From NCBI GenBank assembly GCA_036231405.1, contig JAZAHK010000018.1, forward strand, positions 1 to 38,625: a stretch of DNA of 38,625 bases, read 5' to 3'. The translations under genes were made by a program, and so were the position numbers. Under the pieces are notes generated by a model. It was given only the letters and a program-made list of their open reading frames with translations, did not search any database and was not told the origin of the DNA. How positions within the stretch are numbered: the first letter of the stretch is position 1; the number at the start of each line of letters is the position of its first letter. Origin of the DNA: Nitrospinota bacterium (lineage in GTDB: Bacteria > UBA8248). Positions 28,325-37,702 of the stretch are shown here, one piece after another.

Positions 28325-28757
28325 AGTCAGTATCAAAAAAAAGAGTGAAAGGTCCATCATTTGTTAGGGTGATTTCCATCTGTTTGCCAAAGCATCCTGT
28401 TTTAATTTTTATTTTGTTTTTTAAGAACTCAGATACGAATTCGTCGTAAATTATTTTTGCATTTTCCTTGGTTTCCGAAAACTCGAAGGAAGGTCGTCTT
28501 CCTTTATCTGTTTTTGCATGAAGGGTGAATTGACTCACAATCATTAATTCACCCTTGATTTCTTTTATAGAAACCTCTTTTTGATCAGTAGGAAAAATTC
28601 TTAAATTTATAATTTTTTTTACAATATGAGTGACATCTTCTAAGGTGTCTCTTTTCGAAACACCTAAGAAAATAAGTGCGCCTTTTCCCACTTCATTAAC
28701 AAGTTTGCCCTTCACAAATACTGAGCAATTTTTAATTCTTTGCAAAACAATTCTCAT
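28311..28757 (-). CDS. dtd: D-aminoacyl-tRNA deacylase
   Basis: MRIVLQR, LRIF, VSQFTL, KGRRPSF, TGCFG, NDGPFT. Confidence 0.95.
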   Translation of the reverse strand: MRIVLQRIKNCSVFVKGKLVNEVGKGALIFLGVSKRDTLEDVTHIVKKIINLRIFPTDQKEVSIKEIKGELMIVSQFTLHAKTDKGRRPSFEFSETKENAKIIYDEFVSEFLKNKIKIKTGCFGKQMEITLTNDGPFTLFFDTDYDSF

Positions 28758-28875
28758 TTTATTCCTAAGCACAACAGAGAAGTTGATTAATTTGTTAATT
28801 CATAAACATTTTACTAAAAATTAAAAAACATTTAATCTAGTTTCCATCTTATTCTTTTTTTGGATATTTTTTGAT

Positions 28876-29454
28876 TTGGAAAAGAGAACTTTAACAACCT
28901 TTGAGGCAGGGGAACTTAGTGGTGTAACTCATGTGACTATCCAAAACTGGATTAAAAAAGGATGGATAAAAGCCCACAGAACTGCGGGAGGTCACAGGAG
29001 GATTGAAAGAGAGCATCTTTCTACATTCCTGAATTCAAAAAAAATACCTGTTAATAGCCATGGCAAGGATGGACTACTTGAAGTGTTAATTTTAGAAGAT
29101 GACAAGAATATTTCTGATTTAATACGACTTCATCTAGTTTCTCGTTCAAAAATTTATGATGTGAAGGTTGTAGAAAATCTTTTTAGTGCCGGAATTCTAT
29201 TCGGAATGCATAAACCTAGATTGATAATTATTGAAATTTCTTTTCCTGAGATGGACTTTATGCAGGTTTATAGAGATATTAGACGCAACAGTATTACGGA
29301 AAGTGCAAAAGTTTTGATTATTAATTCTGGAAGGACTCAAAAAGGACTTTCTGCGATTTCTGAATTAACTTCTTCGAGGATCTATAACGTGCCTGAGGAA
29401 ATTAGTGAACTTATGGAGGAATTGTCGGACTCAAAGGAAGTAAGTGAAATCTAA
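28876..29454 (+). CDS. Excisionase-like HTH (HTH_17/MerR-like) fused to an atypical receiver domain
   Basis: LTTFEAGELSGVTHVTIQNWIKKG...RTAGGHRRI; VLILEDD receiver start; the phospho-Asp position is Glu (LIIIEI). Confidence 0.8.
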   Translation: MEKRTLTTFEAGELSGVTHVTIQNWIKKGWIKAHRTAGGHRRIEREHLSTFLNSKKIPVNSHGKDGLLEVLILEDDKNISDLIRLHLVSRSKIYDVKVVENLFSAGILFGMHKPRLIIIEISFPEMDFMQVYRDIRRNSITESAKVLIINSGRTQKGLSAISELTSSRIYNVPEEISELMEELSDSKEVSEI

Positions 29455-29486
29455 ACTTTTTGAGATAACAAATAATAGTTTAAGCT

Positions 29487-30362
29487 TTATTCCTCATCCT
29501 TTTTTTTCTTGTCTTGATCTTTTTGTCTAAGGAACATTTCTACTTCGTCTGCTAAATTTTCTGCAGAAAGAAATTCTTCATCTTTAATAGGATTCCTGGT
29601 TGCAATAAGTCGGTCTACATACTCTCTTACGGATTGATTTTTTTTTATTGCACTTTCAACTTTTTCCTCAAAATCGAAGACGCTTTCTTCTAACTCAGAG
29701 GTTTCAAATTCTAGTGATAAGATCTTTGAGATTTTCCTAATAAGAGCAAGAGTTGCTTTTGGATTGGGAGAAAAATTTACATAATGGGGCACATTTGCCC
29801 AAATACTAACTGTAGGGATTTCCTTTTTTTTAAAGTCATCGTTTAGGACTCCTAAAATCCCAGTTGGACCTTGATAACGAGATTTGCTAATTCCAAGAAA
29901 AGAAGCAAAATTAGGATCTGATGTGCTACCACTGACAAAAATTGGGTCTCCGTGGAAGACATCTGCAATAAGGCCACCCATACTGATTACTTTACTCACA
30001 CTTTGCTCTTGAACTAGAGTAAGAATTGTATCGCAAAATTGTTTCCAATGATAATTCGGTTCGACTCCTTGAAGAACAATAAGATCATGATCAAGCTGGG
30101 GCGTAGAACATCCATAAAATGTATTTTCTGGCCATGAAATTTCTCTTTCTTTTAGTTTGTTGAGATGTACCATAGGCCTTATTTGTTGGAAATTATAGAA
30201 AGTATCGGGTTCAATCTCCGCAAAACTTTCTCCATCGGTTTGTTCTACAAGAAAATCACTAGTTGCAGTTGCTGAACTGCTCGCATCATTCCAGCCAGAA
30301 AACGCCATAATAAGTATAGGATTTCTTAATTCCAATTTTTTGTTATAGGAAAGCAATTCCAA
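29487..30362 (-). CDS. PAC2 (proteasome assembly chaperone) family protein
   Basis: AFSGWNDASSSAT, FYNFQQIRP, GVEPNYHW, YQGPTGILGVL, WANVPHY, PNPKATLAL. Confidence 0.85.
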   Translation of the reverse strand: MELLSYNKKLELRNPILIMAFSGWNDASSSATATSDFLVEQTDGESFAEIEPDTFYNFQQIRPMVHLNKLKEREISWPENTFYGCSTPQLDHDLIVLQGVEPNYHWKQFCDTILTLVQEQSVSKVISMGGLIADVFHGDPIFVSGSTSDPNFASFLGISKSRYQGPTGILGVLNDDFKKKEIPTVSIWANVPHYVNFSPNPKATLALIRKISKILSLEFETSELEESVFDFEEKVESAIKKNQSVREYVDRLIATRNPIKDEEFLSAENLADEVEMFLRQKDQDKKKKDEE

Positions 30363-30527
30363 GAAAGGTCCTTTTCTATTATAAGTCAGGAGAGGCGAAA
30401 ATATGATTTATTATATAAATATATGGCTTTAACCTAAACCAACTAGTATTATATCTTATTGAGTAATTTTTGAAAGTTCTTTTTGGAAGGTTTTGTAGTA
30501 AAAGACGATATAAAAAGGTTGAAAATT

Positions 30528-31280
30528 ATGAAAATAGATTTAAATGGAAAGGTTGCACTTGTAACAGGTGGTAGTAGAGGTATTGGACGTGCATGTTGTT
30601 TTTCTTTGGCAAAGGCGGGTGCCTTTGTCGCAGTCAACTATAATAGTTCAATCGAAGATGCAAAAAAAACTGCGGATGAGATTAACTCAATGGGAGGAAA
30701 ATCAGAAATTTTTAAAGCAGATGTGTCTTCTGAAAAAGAAGTAACTAACATGTTTAAAGAAGTAAAAGACAAATATGGGACTTTAGATATTTTGGTTAAT
30801 AATGGAGGAGTTATTGATGATTCATTACTTATTTCAATGACTCCAAAAGCTTGGAGTAAAGTAATCGATATAAACCTGGGAGGAGTCTACAATTGTACTA
30901 GAGAAGCTACAAAAATTATGATTCGAAAAAAGAAAGGCAAAGTGATTAATATCTCCTCGGTGGTTGCTTTATCTGGCGGTGCTGGTCAAGCTAATTATGC
31001 TGCGGCTAAGGCTGGAATAATTTCATTTACTAGAGCTTGTGCTGTTGAGATGGGAAAGCGAGGAATACAGTTCAATACAATTTTGCCTGGTATGATTATC
31101 ACGGATATGAGTACTAAAGTTCGGGAAATGGCTGGCGAAGAAATTTTAAAAAAAATTCCTGCTGGAAGATTTGGAAATGCATCAGAAATTGGTGATTTGG
31201 TCCTTTTTTTGTCATCTTCTTTTTCTGACTATATTAATGGTTCTGCTATACCTATCGATGGCGGATTATTAACAATCTGA
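30528..31280 (+). CDS. fabG: 3-oxoacyl-ACP reductase-like SDR
   Basis: TGGSRGIG, LVNNGG, NISS, GQANYAAAKAG, PGMIITDM; upstream of acpS. Confidence 0.8.
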   Translation: MKIDLNGKVALVTGGSRGIGRACCFSLAKAGAFVAVNYNSSIEDAKKTADEINSMGGKSEIFKADVSSEKEVTNMFKEVKDKYGTLDILVNNGGVIDDSLLISMTPKAWSKVIDINLGGVYNCTREATKIMIRKKKGKVINISSVVALSGGAGQANYAAAKAGIISFTRACAVEMGKRGIQFNTILPGMIITDMSTKVREMAGEEILKKIPAGRFGNASEIGDLVLFLSSSFSDYINGSAIPIDGGLLTI

Positions 31281-31297
31281 AAATGGAGGCTTCTTAA

Positions 31298-31687
31298 ATG
31301 CGTATTTTTCAAGGTGTTGACATTGTGGAAGTAGGTAGAATGAAAAATATTTTAGAGAGGAGAGAATCATTTAAAAAGAAAGTTTTTACAAATTATGAAA
31401 CATCTTTTTGTTTTGCTCGACTCAATCCATTTCCACATTTTGCAGCACGTTTTGCTGCAAAGGAAGCATGTTTAAAGGCGCTAGGGATAGGACTGGGAGG
31501 ATTTGGTGGGGTAAATAGATTAAAGGAAATCGAAATAAATTCGGAAAAATCAGGTCAACCAATTCTATCTCTATCAGGGTCAATTAAGAGTCTGACTTGT
31601 GAAAAATCTATTACTCAAATTACGGTGTCTTTAAGTCACACACTTGAAATTGCCGTTGCAACAGTTGTTCTAATGAGTAGTAATTAA
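31298..31687 (+). CDS. acpS: Holo-ACP synthase
   Basis: GVDIVE, AARFAAKEACLKALG, SGQP, VSLSHT. Confidence 0.94.
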   Translation: MRIFQGVDIVEVGRMKNILERRESFKKKVFTNYETSFCFARLNPFPHFAARFAAKEACLKALGIGLGGFGGVNRLKEIEINSEKSGQPILSLSGSIKSLTCEKSITQITVSLSHTLEIAVATVVLMSSN

Positions 31688-31752
31688 ACTTTTAACCTTC
31701 TAATATGTCTAATTTAAAAGTTTTTATTTCTTTTTTTTGAATTCCTAATATC

Positions 31753-32691
31753 ATGTCAGAAAAAAAAAAGCGGAGAAGTAAGGATAGAAGTAAATGGTTC
31801 CAAGTTTTGGAATTCTTTTTCTTTATCCCGTTTCTAAAACTTATCCCATGGATTCCTTTTTTTATATGTAAGGGTTTGGCTCTTTCTACGAGTTATATAG
31901 TTTTCAAATTTGCCGTTGGAAGAAGAAAGATAGCACTAAAAAATTTGTCTATCGTTTTTCCAGAATGGGATAGCAAGAAATCAGTTCATGTAGCAAAAAA
32001 AAGCGCTTATTCATTCGTAATGACCGCAGTAGAATCATTGAAATATAATAGAGCACTAAATGGTCCAAAAGCATTATCTTTTCTTGAAAAAAATTTCCAT
32101 AATTTTGATGTTTTTCAAGAACGTGTAAATTTTTTTCATGGAGAAACTGGTGGGTGTATTTTTATAGTTCCACATTTAGGAAATTGGGAATTATTGCTTC
32201 ACGCTGGAACAATAGCAGGTATCCCACTGACGATTCCGGTGAGGAATTTAGACAATCCATATTTACAGAAGAGCCTTTACGAAATTCGTTCTAACTCTGG
32301 TCAAGAAATTATTTCAAAAAGGGGAGTACTCTTGAATATTCGTTCTGCGCTAAAGAAAGGTCGTTCTATAGCAATTCTTGCAGACCAGAATGTGGGTTCT
32401 TTGGGTGAAAACGTTCCTTTTTTTGGTAAAAATGCTAGTACTACAATTACCCCTGCATTTTTTTCCTTAAACTTAAAACGAGTGATAGTCCCGCTCGCAT
32501 GTTGTAGAGCAGAGAAAGAGAAAAAATTTATCTTAATGATCGGGAATCCTATCTATCCTAGTTCTAAGGTGAGTTCTCGAAGAAAAGAAATTATACATAT
32601 GACAAAAAAAATAAACGAAGAAATAGAAAAATTCATACTTCAATTTCCCGAACAATATTTATGGGGACATGATCGTTGGAGGATTAAATGA
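31753..32691 (+). CDS. Lipid A lauroyl/lysophospholipid acyltransferase (LpxL/HtrB family)
   Basis: HLGNWE, LADQ, VPFFG, PEQYLWGHDRW. Confidence 0.88.
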   Translation: MSEKKKRRSKDRSKWFQVLEFFFFIPFLKLIPWIPFFICKGLALSTSYIVFKFAVGRRKIALKNLSIVFPEWDSKKSVHVAKKSAYSFVMTAVESLKYNRALNGPKALSFLEKNFHNFDVFQERVNFFHGETGGCIFIVPHLGNWELLLHAGTIAGIPLTIPVRNLDNPYLQKSLYEIRSNSGQEIISKRGVLLNIRSALKKGRSIAILADQNVGSLGENVPFFGKNASTTITPAFFSLNLKRVIVPLACCRAEKEKKFILMIGNPIYPSSKVSSRRKEIIHMTKKINEEIEKFILQFPEQYLWGHDRWRIK

Positions 32692-32693
32692 GA

Positions 32694-33083
32694 TTATTTT
32701 TTTTTATCTCTAAGATTGCTTAGAAAATGGTCTCCTTTATTTTTTAGTTTTTTTTCTAACTTTTTTGTGCAGTCGCAGTTTCCACAGACTGGATATCCTT
32801 CGCATTTTTCAGGGGCCCTCGCAAGTTTGATTTTAAAATCTGTAAAATATTCCTCCCAGTAGGGTAGTTCCTCTATTAGTTCGTTTCCAGGTCCGAATGC
32901 TTCTCTACAATAACAAACTTCGAGCCATTGAATTTCGCCAGTATGGAGTAGTCGTGCACTCTCCATACATTTTGTGTAAGTAGGATATGCTATAGACCCG
33001 TATCCTAATGTTTTTTCGTCGATTGCCTTTAATAAAGCTTCTTCTTTTTTCTTTTTTAACTTCGCTTTTACTAAGTAACGCAT
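32694..33083 (-). CDS. Hypothetical Cys-rich protein
   Basis: 129 aa; VCYC and CEGYPVCGNCDC motifs. Confidence 0.7.
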   Translation of the reverse strand: MRYLVKAKLKKKKEEALLKAIDEKTLGYGSIAYPTYTKCMESARLLHTGEIQWLEVCYCREAFGPGNELIEELPYWEEYFTDFKIKLARAPEKCEGYPVCGNCDCTKKLEKKLKNKGDHFLSNLRDKKK

Positions 33084-33144
33084 AAAGCACCATTTTTAAC
33101 AAATAAGAAAATTCTACACGCATATAAAAGTTAGATTCGTAATT

Positions 33145-34203
33145 CTAAATATAAATTGGTTTTTTTTCTTTACAAGATCTATCGGCTGCCATAGTTAATG
33201 CAAGCACCCCTCTAGCATGTTCTGCTGTAGCCAGGCCAACGCCCCCCATTTTGAGTATATGTCTTATGAAGGAGTCAGTCTCCTCCTTCATTGGACCGAA
33301 AAATTCTCCCAAAGCAAAGTCTCCGGGCATTGCAGAACCTAAAAACGCTACATTTACTTGATGTTCTGGTGTGTAGGGGCACGGAATCGGTTCAACTGGA
33401 GCAAGGACTACGTCCCGATGTGAGTCATCTATATTTAAAGAACCACCTGTGCCTTGTAAGTCTATTTCCATTGTAGCAGTATATGCAGGCCAGTGATGAG
33501 GAGGAAGCCAGCTTGTTCCAAGAGTGGCAACACTCCCGTCGTCAAATGTAACGATTAACCATTGAAAATCGTCGCGATTATACTTCTCAAAGACCTTACT
33601 TGCCGAACGAGCGTATACTTCAACGGGTTTTTTCCCTTCCATATACCAGAGGATTAGATCTACCATGTAAGTTAGTGTATTGATCGAAGGAGTGGTGTTT
33701 GGAGAGCGGCGTGCTACTGCTTCGCCAACTGCACGCGTTACATAAATTTTTCCTAATGCCATTATTACATCACCCAGATTTCCAGATTCTACGGATTGTT
33801 TTGCAAGTAAATAACGTTTTCTAAAACGTTGAGTATAACCAACAAAAACAGAAGTGTTATTTTTATTTGCTATTTCGATAATATCATCTGCTTCGTCTAG
33901 GTTTAGGACGAATGGTTTTTCTATAAGAACGGGTTTCCCGAGTTCTACAGCTAATTTTGCTGGACCATAATGTGATTCTTCGTCTGTAGAAACTATTACA
34001 GCTTTAACACGTTCGTCTTCAATAGCTTTTTGATAGTCTTTGGTTACCACATCTGCCCTGACAGTCTCAGCAAGCCTATCAAGTTTTTCTGAATCTATAT
34101 CACATATTGCCATATGACCAATTTGTGGTATTTGTGCACAAGAGTGAGCGCGAAGAGTTCCAATTCCACCTGAACCGATTACTGCAACACCTATATTATC
34201 CAT
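33145..34203 (-). CDS. Gfo/Idh/MocA family oxidoreductase
   Basis: VIGSGGIG, VLIEKP, VGYTQRF; GGAGGAAGG RBS. Confidence 0.88.
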   Translation of the reverse strand: MDNIGVAVIGSGGIGTLRAHSCAQIPQIGHMAICDIDSEKLDRLAETVRADVVTKDYQKAIEDERVKAVIVSTDEESHYGPAKLAVELGKPVLIEKPFVLNLDEADDIIEIANKNNTSVFVGYTQRFRKRYLLAKQSVESGNLGDVIMALGKIYVTRAVGEAVARRSPNTTPSINTLTYMVDLILWYMEGKKPVEVYARSASKVFEKYNRDDFQWLIVTFDDGSVATLGTSWLPPHHWPAYTATMEIDLQGTGGSLNIDDSHRDVVLAPVEPIPCPYTPEHQVNVAFLGSAMPGDFALGEFFGPMKEETDSFIRHILKMGGVGLATAEHARGVLALTMAADRSCKEKKPIYI

Positions 34204-34283
34204 CCTTCCTCCATTATTATATTTGTTTGTATTAGCAATCTATCGAGAAAAATTCTAAGTATTTCCCAAAAAATTCGATAAAA

Positions 34284-35318
34284 TTAATTAATCATAATTA
34301 CAGCTCTTCCCAAGATAGACCCTGTCTCCAAACGGTCATGGGCTTTTTCTACATCCTCTAATTTATATGTTTCTGTTACTAAGGGCCATACATCACCTCT
34401 AGCAACAAGTTGCAGTGATTCGATTACTTCTTGTTTTGTAGCGTATCTACTTCCCATAATTTCTAATTCTTTTTGGACCATTTCTCTTGCTGAAGAAGAA
34501 AAATCTTGACCAGCCCCTCCAAGTGTCACAAAGCGTCCTCCTCTGCCTAATGATTGAGAGGCTGATTCAATAGTTTGTGATGTAGACACAAAATCTATAG
34601 CCACATCTAACCCGTTTCCATTAGTAATCTCAGTTAAAGAGCTAGTAACATCTTCTTTTGATGCATCAATCACTTCGTCTGCCCCAACTTCTTTACACTT
34701 ATCTAATTTTTCTCCTGCAACGTCGACAGCTATAACTCTTGCCCCAGCCCATTTAGCCATCATTACCATATGAATTCCCAGACCACCACCTGCACCAATG
34801 ACCGCGACATTTTCGAGTGGGGAGATTCGAGCTCTCCGGGTTACCTTATATGGAGTGGCGATTGCATCACAAATGACGGCAATTTCAGCTGGGTTTTTTT
34901 TGTAGTCTAATTTTTCAGGTAATTTCAAGAAACAGTGTGCAGGAAGTTTCATGTATTCAGCATATGCACCTTGAATTTGCCTTCCAACATAGCCAGAAAA
35001 ATTTGAACATAAGGTTTCACGATTAATGCGACACCATTTACAATCACCACAAGTTACATAGAAGTATGCAGTCACTGCGTCTCCTTCTTTTAAATTTTCT
35101 ACGCCCTTTCCCACTGAAGAGATTTCCGCAGTTATTTCGTGTCCTATAATTAACGGGTATTTTACGTCAGGGGTTCTCCCCATTCTGGTATGATGTATCG
35201 TAAGACCAGCGCCACATGCTATGATCTTCGCGACAGCTTCCCCTACATCAGGTGTAGGTGTCGGGACATCCTCAAAAACAAAGGGTTTTCCTTTTTCCTT
35301 AAGCAACATAGCTCTCAA
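34284..35318 (-). CDS. Zn-binding MDR dehydrogenase with atypical catalytic-Zn motif
   Basis: GHE, CGDCKWC..C, GAGGGLG; TTG start with AGGAGG RBS. Confidence 0.85.
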   Translation of the reverse strand: MRAMLLKEKGKPFVFEDVPTPTPDVGEAVAKIIACGAGLTIHHTRMGRTPDVKYPLIIGHEITAEISSVGKGVENLKEGDAVTAYFYVTCGDCKWCRINRETLCSNFSGYVGRQIQGAYAEYMKLPAHCFLKLPEKLDYKKNPAEIAVICDAIATPYKVTRRARISPLENVAVIGAGGGLGIHMVMMAKWAGARVIAVDVAGEKLDKCKEVGADEVIDASKEDVTSSLTEITNGNGLDVAIDFVSTSQTIESASQSLGRGGRFVTLGGAGQDFSSSAREMVQKELEIMGSRYATKQEVIESLQLVARGDVWPLVTETYKLEDVEKAHDRLETGSILGRAVIMIN

Positions 35319-35510
35319 TTTCTTATCCTCCTGTTTTTAACTTTAGATTCTTACATTAAAACATGGGTTGCACTTTTATCAAAGATAATCAAAAAACATT
35401 TTTTTTAAAATTTGCAAATTTTCTCATATTGGAATAGTTTGTTTATTCATTTTGTTTTTTATCGAATAAAAATTCACGCCCGATAAATTTTGTGGAAGGA
35501 GATTAGGTTG

Positions 35511-35681
35511 ATGCGAGAGAAAATTAAAAGATTTTCGATTACTCCTTTACTGGTTGTTGCGATTATTGCTCTTTTCCTTTTATCTGCATGCGGAACTATG
35601 CAAGGATTGATGAAAGGAATCGGGAAGGACCTCGAGGGTGTGGCTAGAAAGATTCAGAGATCGGCAGAGCCTAGAAGGTAA
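35511..35681 (+). CDS. Small entericidin (EcnA/B)-like lipoprotein
   Basis: AAGGAG RBS; hydrophobic signal with LSAC lipobox, then GTMQG..KGIGKDLE. Confidence 0.65.
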   Translation: MREKIKRFSITPLLVVAIIALFLLSACGTMQGLMKGIGKDLEGVARKIQRSAEPRR

Positions 35682-35715
35682 TTTTTTAAACAGATTTACG
35701 ATTGTTTTTCTTAGA

Positions 35716-36315
35716 TTATTTGAATGGCAGTATTCTGGAGATGTCTTTTAAAGGTTCTTCAAATCTCCATACTTGCCTTTGAAAAGATTCTTCAGAACAT
35801 TTCGAAATTAAGATTTTTCTAGCCATGTGGCGAGTAGGTAGTCTTTTCCCTCCTCTCGTAAGGTAAGATTTTTCTTTTCCAATCGTTAAACAACTGTCAG
35901 GAAATTCTTTTAATCGCACATGGTAATTATTATAACTCCATAATTGTAGTTTTGAATTATCACATTTGTGCAAGAAAATTTTTGAACCCTCTGATTCGCT
36001 TTCAGCTTTCACACAAAGATTATATTCTATCATTCTCAATTTTCCTTTGGAAATTGACATGAAATCGAATAGTTCGTCTTTATTCCAAATCCCCTCTTTG
36101 CAAGTATGAACAACAAGTGCTGCATTCAATTTCACACGTTCCTTATGGCCAGGAATATCTACACAATGGAATCTTGGTTCGTCTAGTGCATAAAATGCTT
36201 TTAAGAAAACTTTCTTGTTTCGGATTGTTTCAGATAGTGAGAATTTAATGGAAGTCTCAAACAGAGAAAGTAAGACGGTGAAGAAAATGAAGGAAAGAAA
36301 CATTGATTTTTTCAT
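35716..36315 (-). CDS. Secreted ricin B-type (beta-trefoil) lectin-like protein
   Basis: Signal peptide; CVDIPG...HTCK, LCV...KCDNSKLQLW, CLT...KC...QVW repeats (QxW). Confidence 0.7.
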   Translation of the reverse strand: MKKSMFLSFIFFTVLLSLFETSIKFSLSETIRNKKVFLKAFYALDEPRFHCVDIPGHKERVKLNAALVVHTCKEGIWNKDELFDFMSISKGKLRMIEYNLCVKAESESEGSKIFLHKCDNSKLQLWSYNNYHVRLKEFPDSCLTIGKEKSYLTRGGKRLPTRHMARKILISKCSEESFQRQVWRFEEPLKDISRILPFK

Positions 36316-36394
36316 TTTTGTGCCTCTTTGTAATTGTCATTTCGGAATTGAAGTTGGAAAAATTTTGAAATATTTTTTTATAATACCCATTTCA

Positions 36395-37663
36395 TTAAAT
36401 TGCTTTTGCTCCTATATCTTTTCTATAATAACAATCTTTCCAATTGATGAGTTCGACCGCACTATATGCGGAACTGATCGCAGAGTTTAAATTTGACCCT
36501 TTGCTCGTGATTCCTAAAACTCTTCCTCCAGAAGTTAGGGTCTTTCCATCTTTGTTAATTGAGGTTCCTGCATGAAAAACCACTACATCTTCAATTGCAC
36601 TTGCTTCTTCGATACCATGAATAATTTCGTTAGTTTCGTAGGAGCCTGGGTACCCACCTGCACTCATTACTACGCACACTGAGGGTTCATTATAATACTC
36701 AAGATTTGTTTTAGAAATATCTCCCTTAGCAGTAGCAATCAGCATTGGGAGGAGATCTCCCTTCATCCTCATCATAATTGGTTGGCATTCTGGGTCTCCA
36801 AATCTGCAGTTGAATTCTAATACTTTCATATCTTCTTCTGTAATCATCAATCCTGTATATAAAATACCTCTATATGTTCTTCCCTGTTCTGATAAAGTAT
36901 TAATAATAGGTTTGATAATGGAATCAATTGCCTTAATTTGCAGATGTTCTGGTAGTATTGGTGCGGGAGAATAGGCTCCCATTCCTCCGGTATTGGGCCC
37001 GAGATCATTTTCCCAAATTTGTTTATGATCTTGTGCAGGAGGTAAGGGAAATATATTTTCTCCGTCAGTGAAAACAAGTAAACTCGCTTCTTCACCTTCA
37101 ATGAATTCTTCTATTACGCACGTGTTCCCAGCATTTCCAAAAGTGTTTTCTTCCATGATTTCGGTAATTGCATCTTGAGGGCTAATATTTTCTGAAGTGA
37201 TTATAACTCCCTTCCCTGCAGCAAGTCCGCTTGCTTTTATAACCCATTTCCTATCTTCTTTGTGGACAAAATCCTTTGCTTTTTTTGGGTCGTTAAATAT
37301 TTCGAATTCTGCAGTTGGAATGTTTGCGTCCTTCATTAATTTTTTAGAAAAGGCCTTACTTGATTCAATCTCTGCAGCCTTTTGATTAGGTCCAAAAACC
37401 AGGATTTCATTTTTTTGTAAAAGATCTGCTAGACCTAGAGATAAAGGGACTTCCGGTCCTATAACAACTAGGTCAGGCTTCTCCTCTAATGATAGTTGTA
37501 AAATTGATTTAATATCTTGTGCTTGAATATTAATGTTTCTTGCAATTTTGTGAGTTCCTGCATTGCCGGGAGCACAAATGATTTCAGTTACATTTTCACT
37601 TTGACCAAGTTTCCACGCAATCGCATGTTCCCTGCCACCAGAACCTACAATTAGTATTTTCAT
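36395..37663 (-). CDS. purD: Phosphoribosylamine-glycine ligase
   Basis: VGSGGREHA, APGNAG, IGPEVPL, GLAAGKGV, QDHK, GPNTGGMGAY, EFNCRFGDPE, TSGGRVL. Confidence 0.96.
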   Translation of the reverse strand: MKILIVGSGGREHAIAWKLGQSENVTEIICAPGNAGTHKIARNINIQAQDIKSILQLSLEEKPDLVVIGPEVPLSLGLADLLQKNEILVFGPNQKAAEIESSKAFSKKLMKDANIPTAEFEIFNDPKKAKDFVHKEDRKWVIKASGLAAGKGVIITSENISPQDAITEIMEENTFGNAGNTCVIEEFIEGEEASLLVFTDGENIFPLPPAQDHKQIWENDLGPNTGGMGAYSPAPILPEHLQIKAIDSIIKPIINTLSEQGRTYRGILYTGLMITEEDMKVLEFNCRFGDPECQPIMMRMKGDLLPMLIATAKGDISKTNLEYYNEPSVCVVMSAGGYPGSYETNEIIHGIEEASAIEDVVVFHAGTSINKDGKTLTSGGRVLGITSKGSNLNSAISSAYSAVELINWKDCYYRKDIGAKAI

Positions 37664-37702
37664 GCTTTTCCTCAAGAACAGAAATTAATCTTTAAACAAA
37701 TT

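Noticed and set aside
28876-29454. Excisionase as a sign of a prophage or integrative element
   Set aside because: No integrase, att-like repeats or phage genes are present, and the HTH is fused to a receiver-like domain
418-32691. Other TGA stops (mlaE, permease 11755, lipoprotein 17006, thiE, fabG, lpxL) as Sec codons
   Set aside because: Each falls at the expected C-terminus of its family or just before the next gene, with no redox motif or evident SECIS-like hairpin
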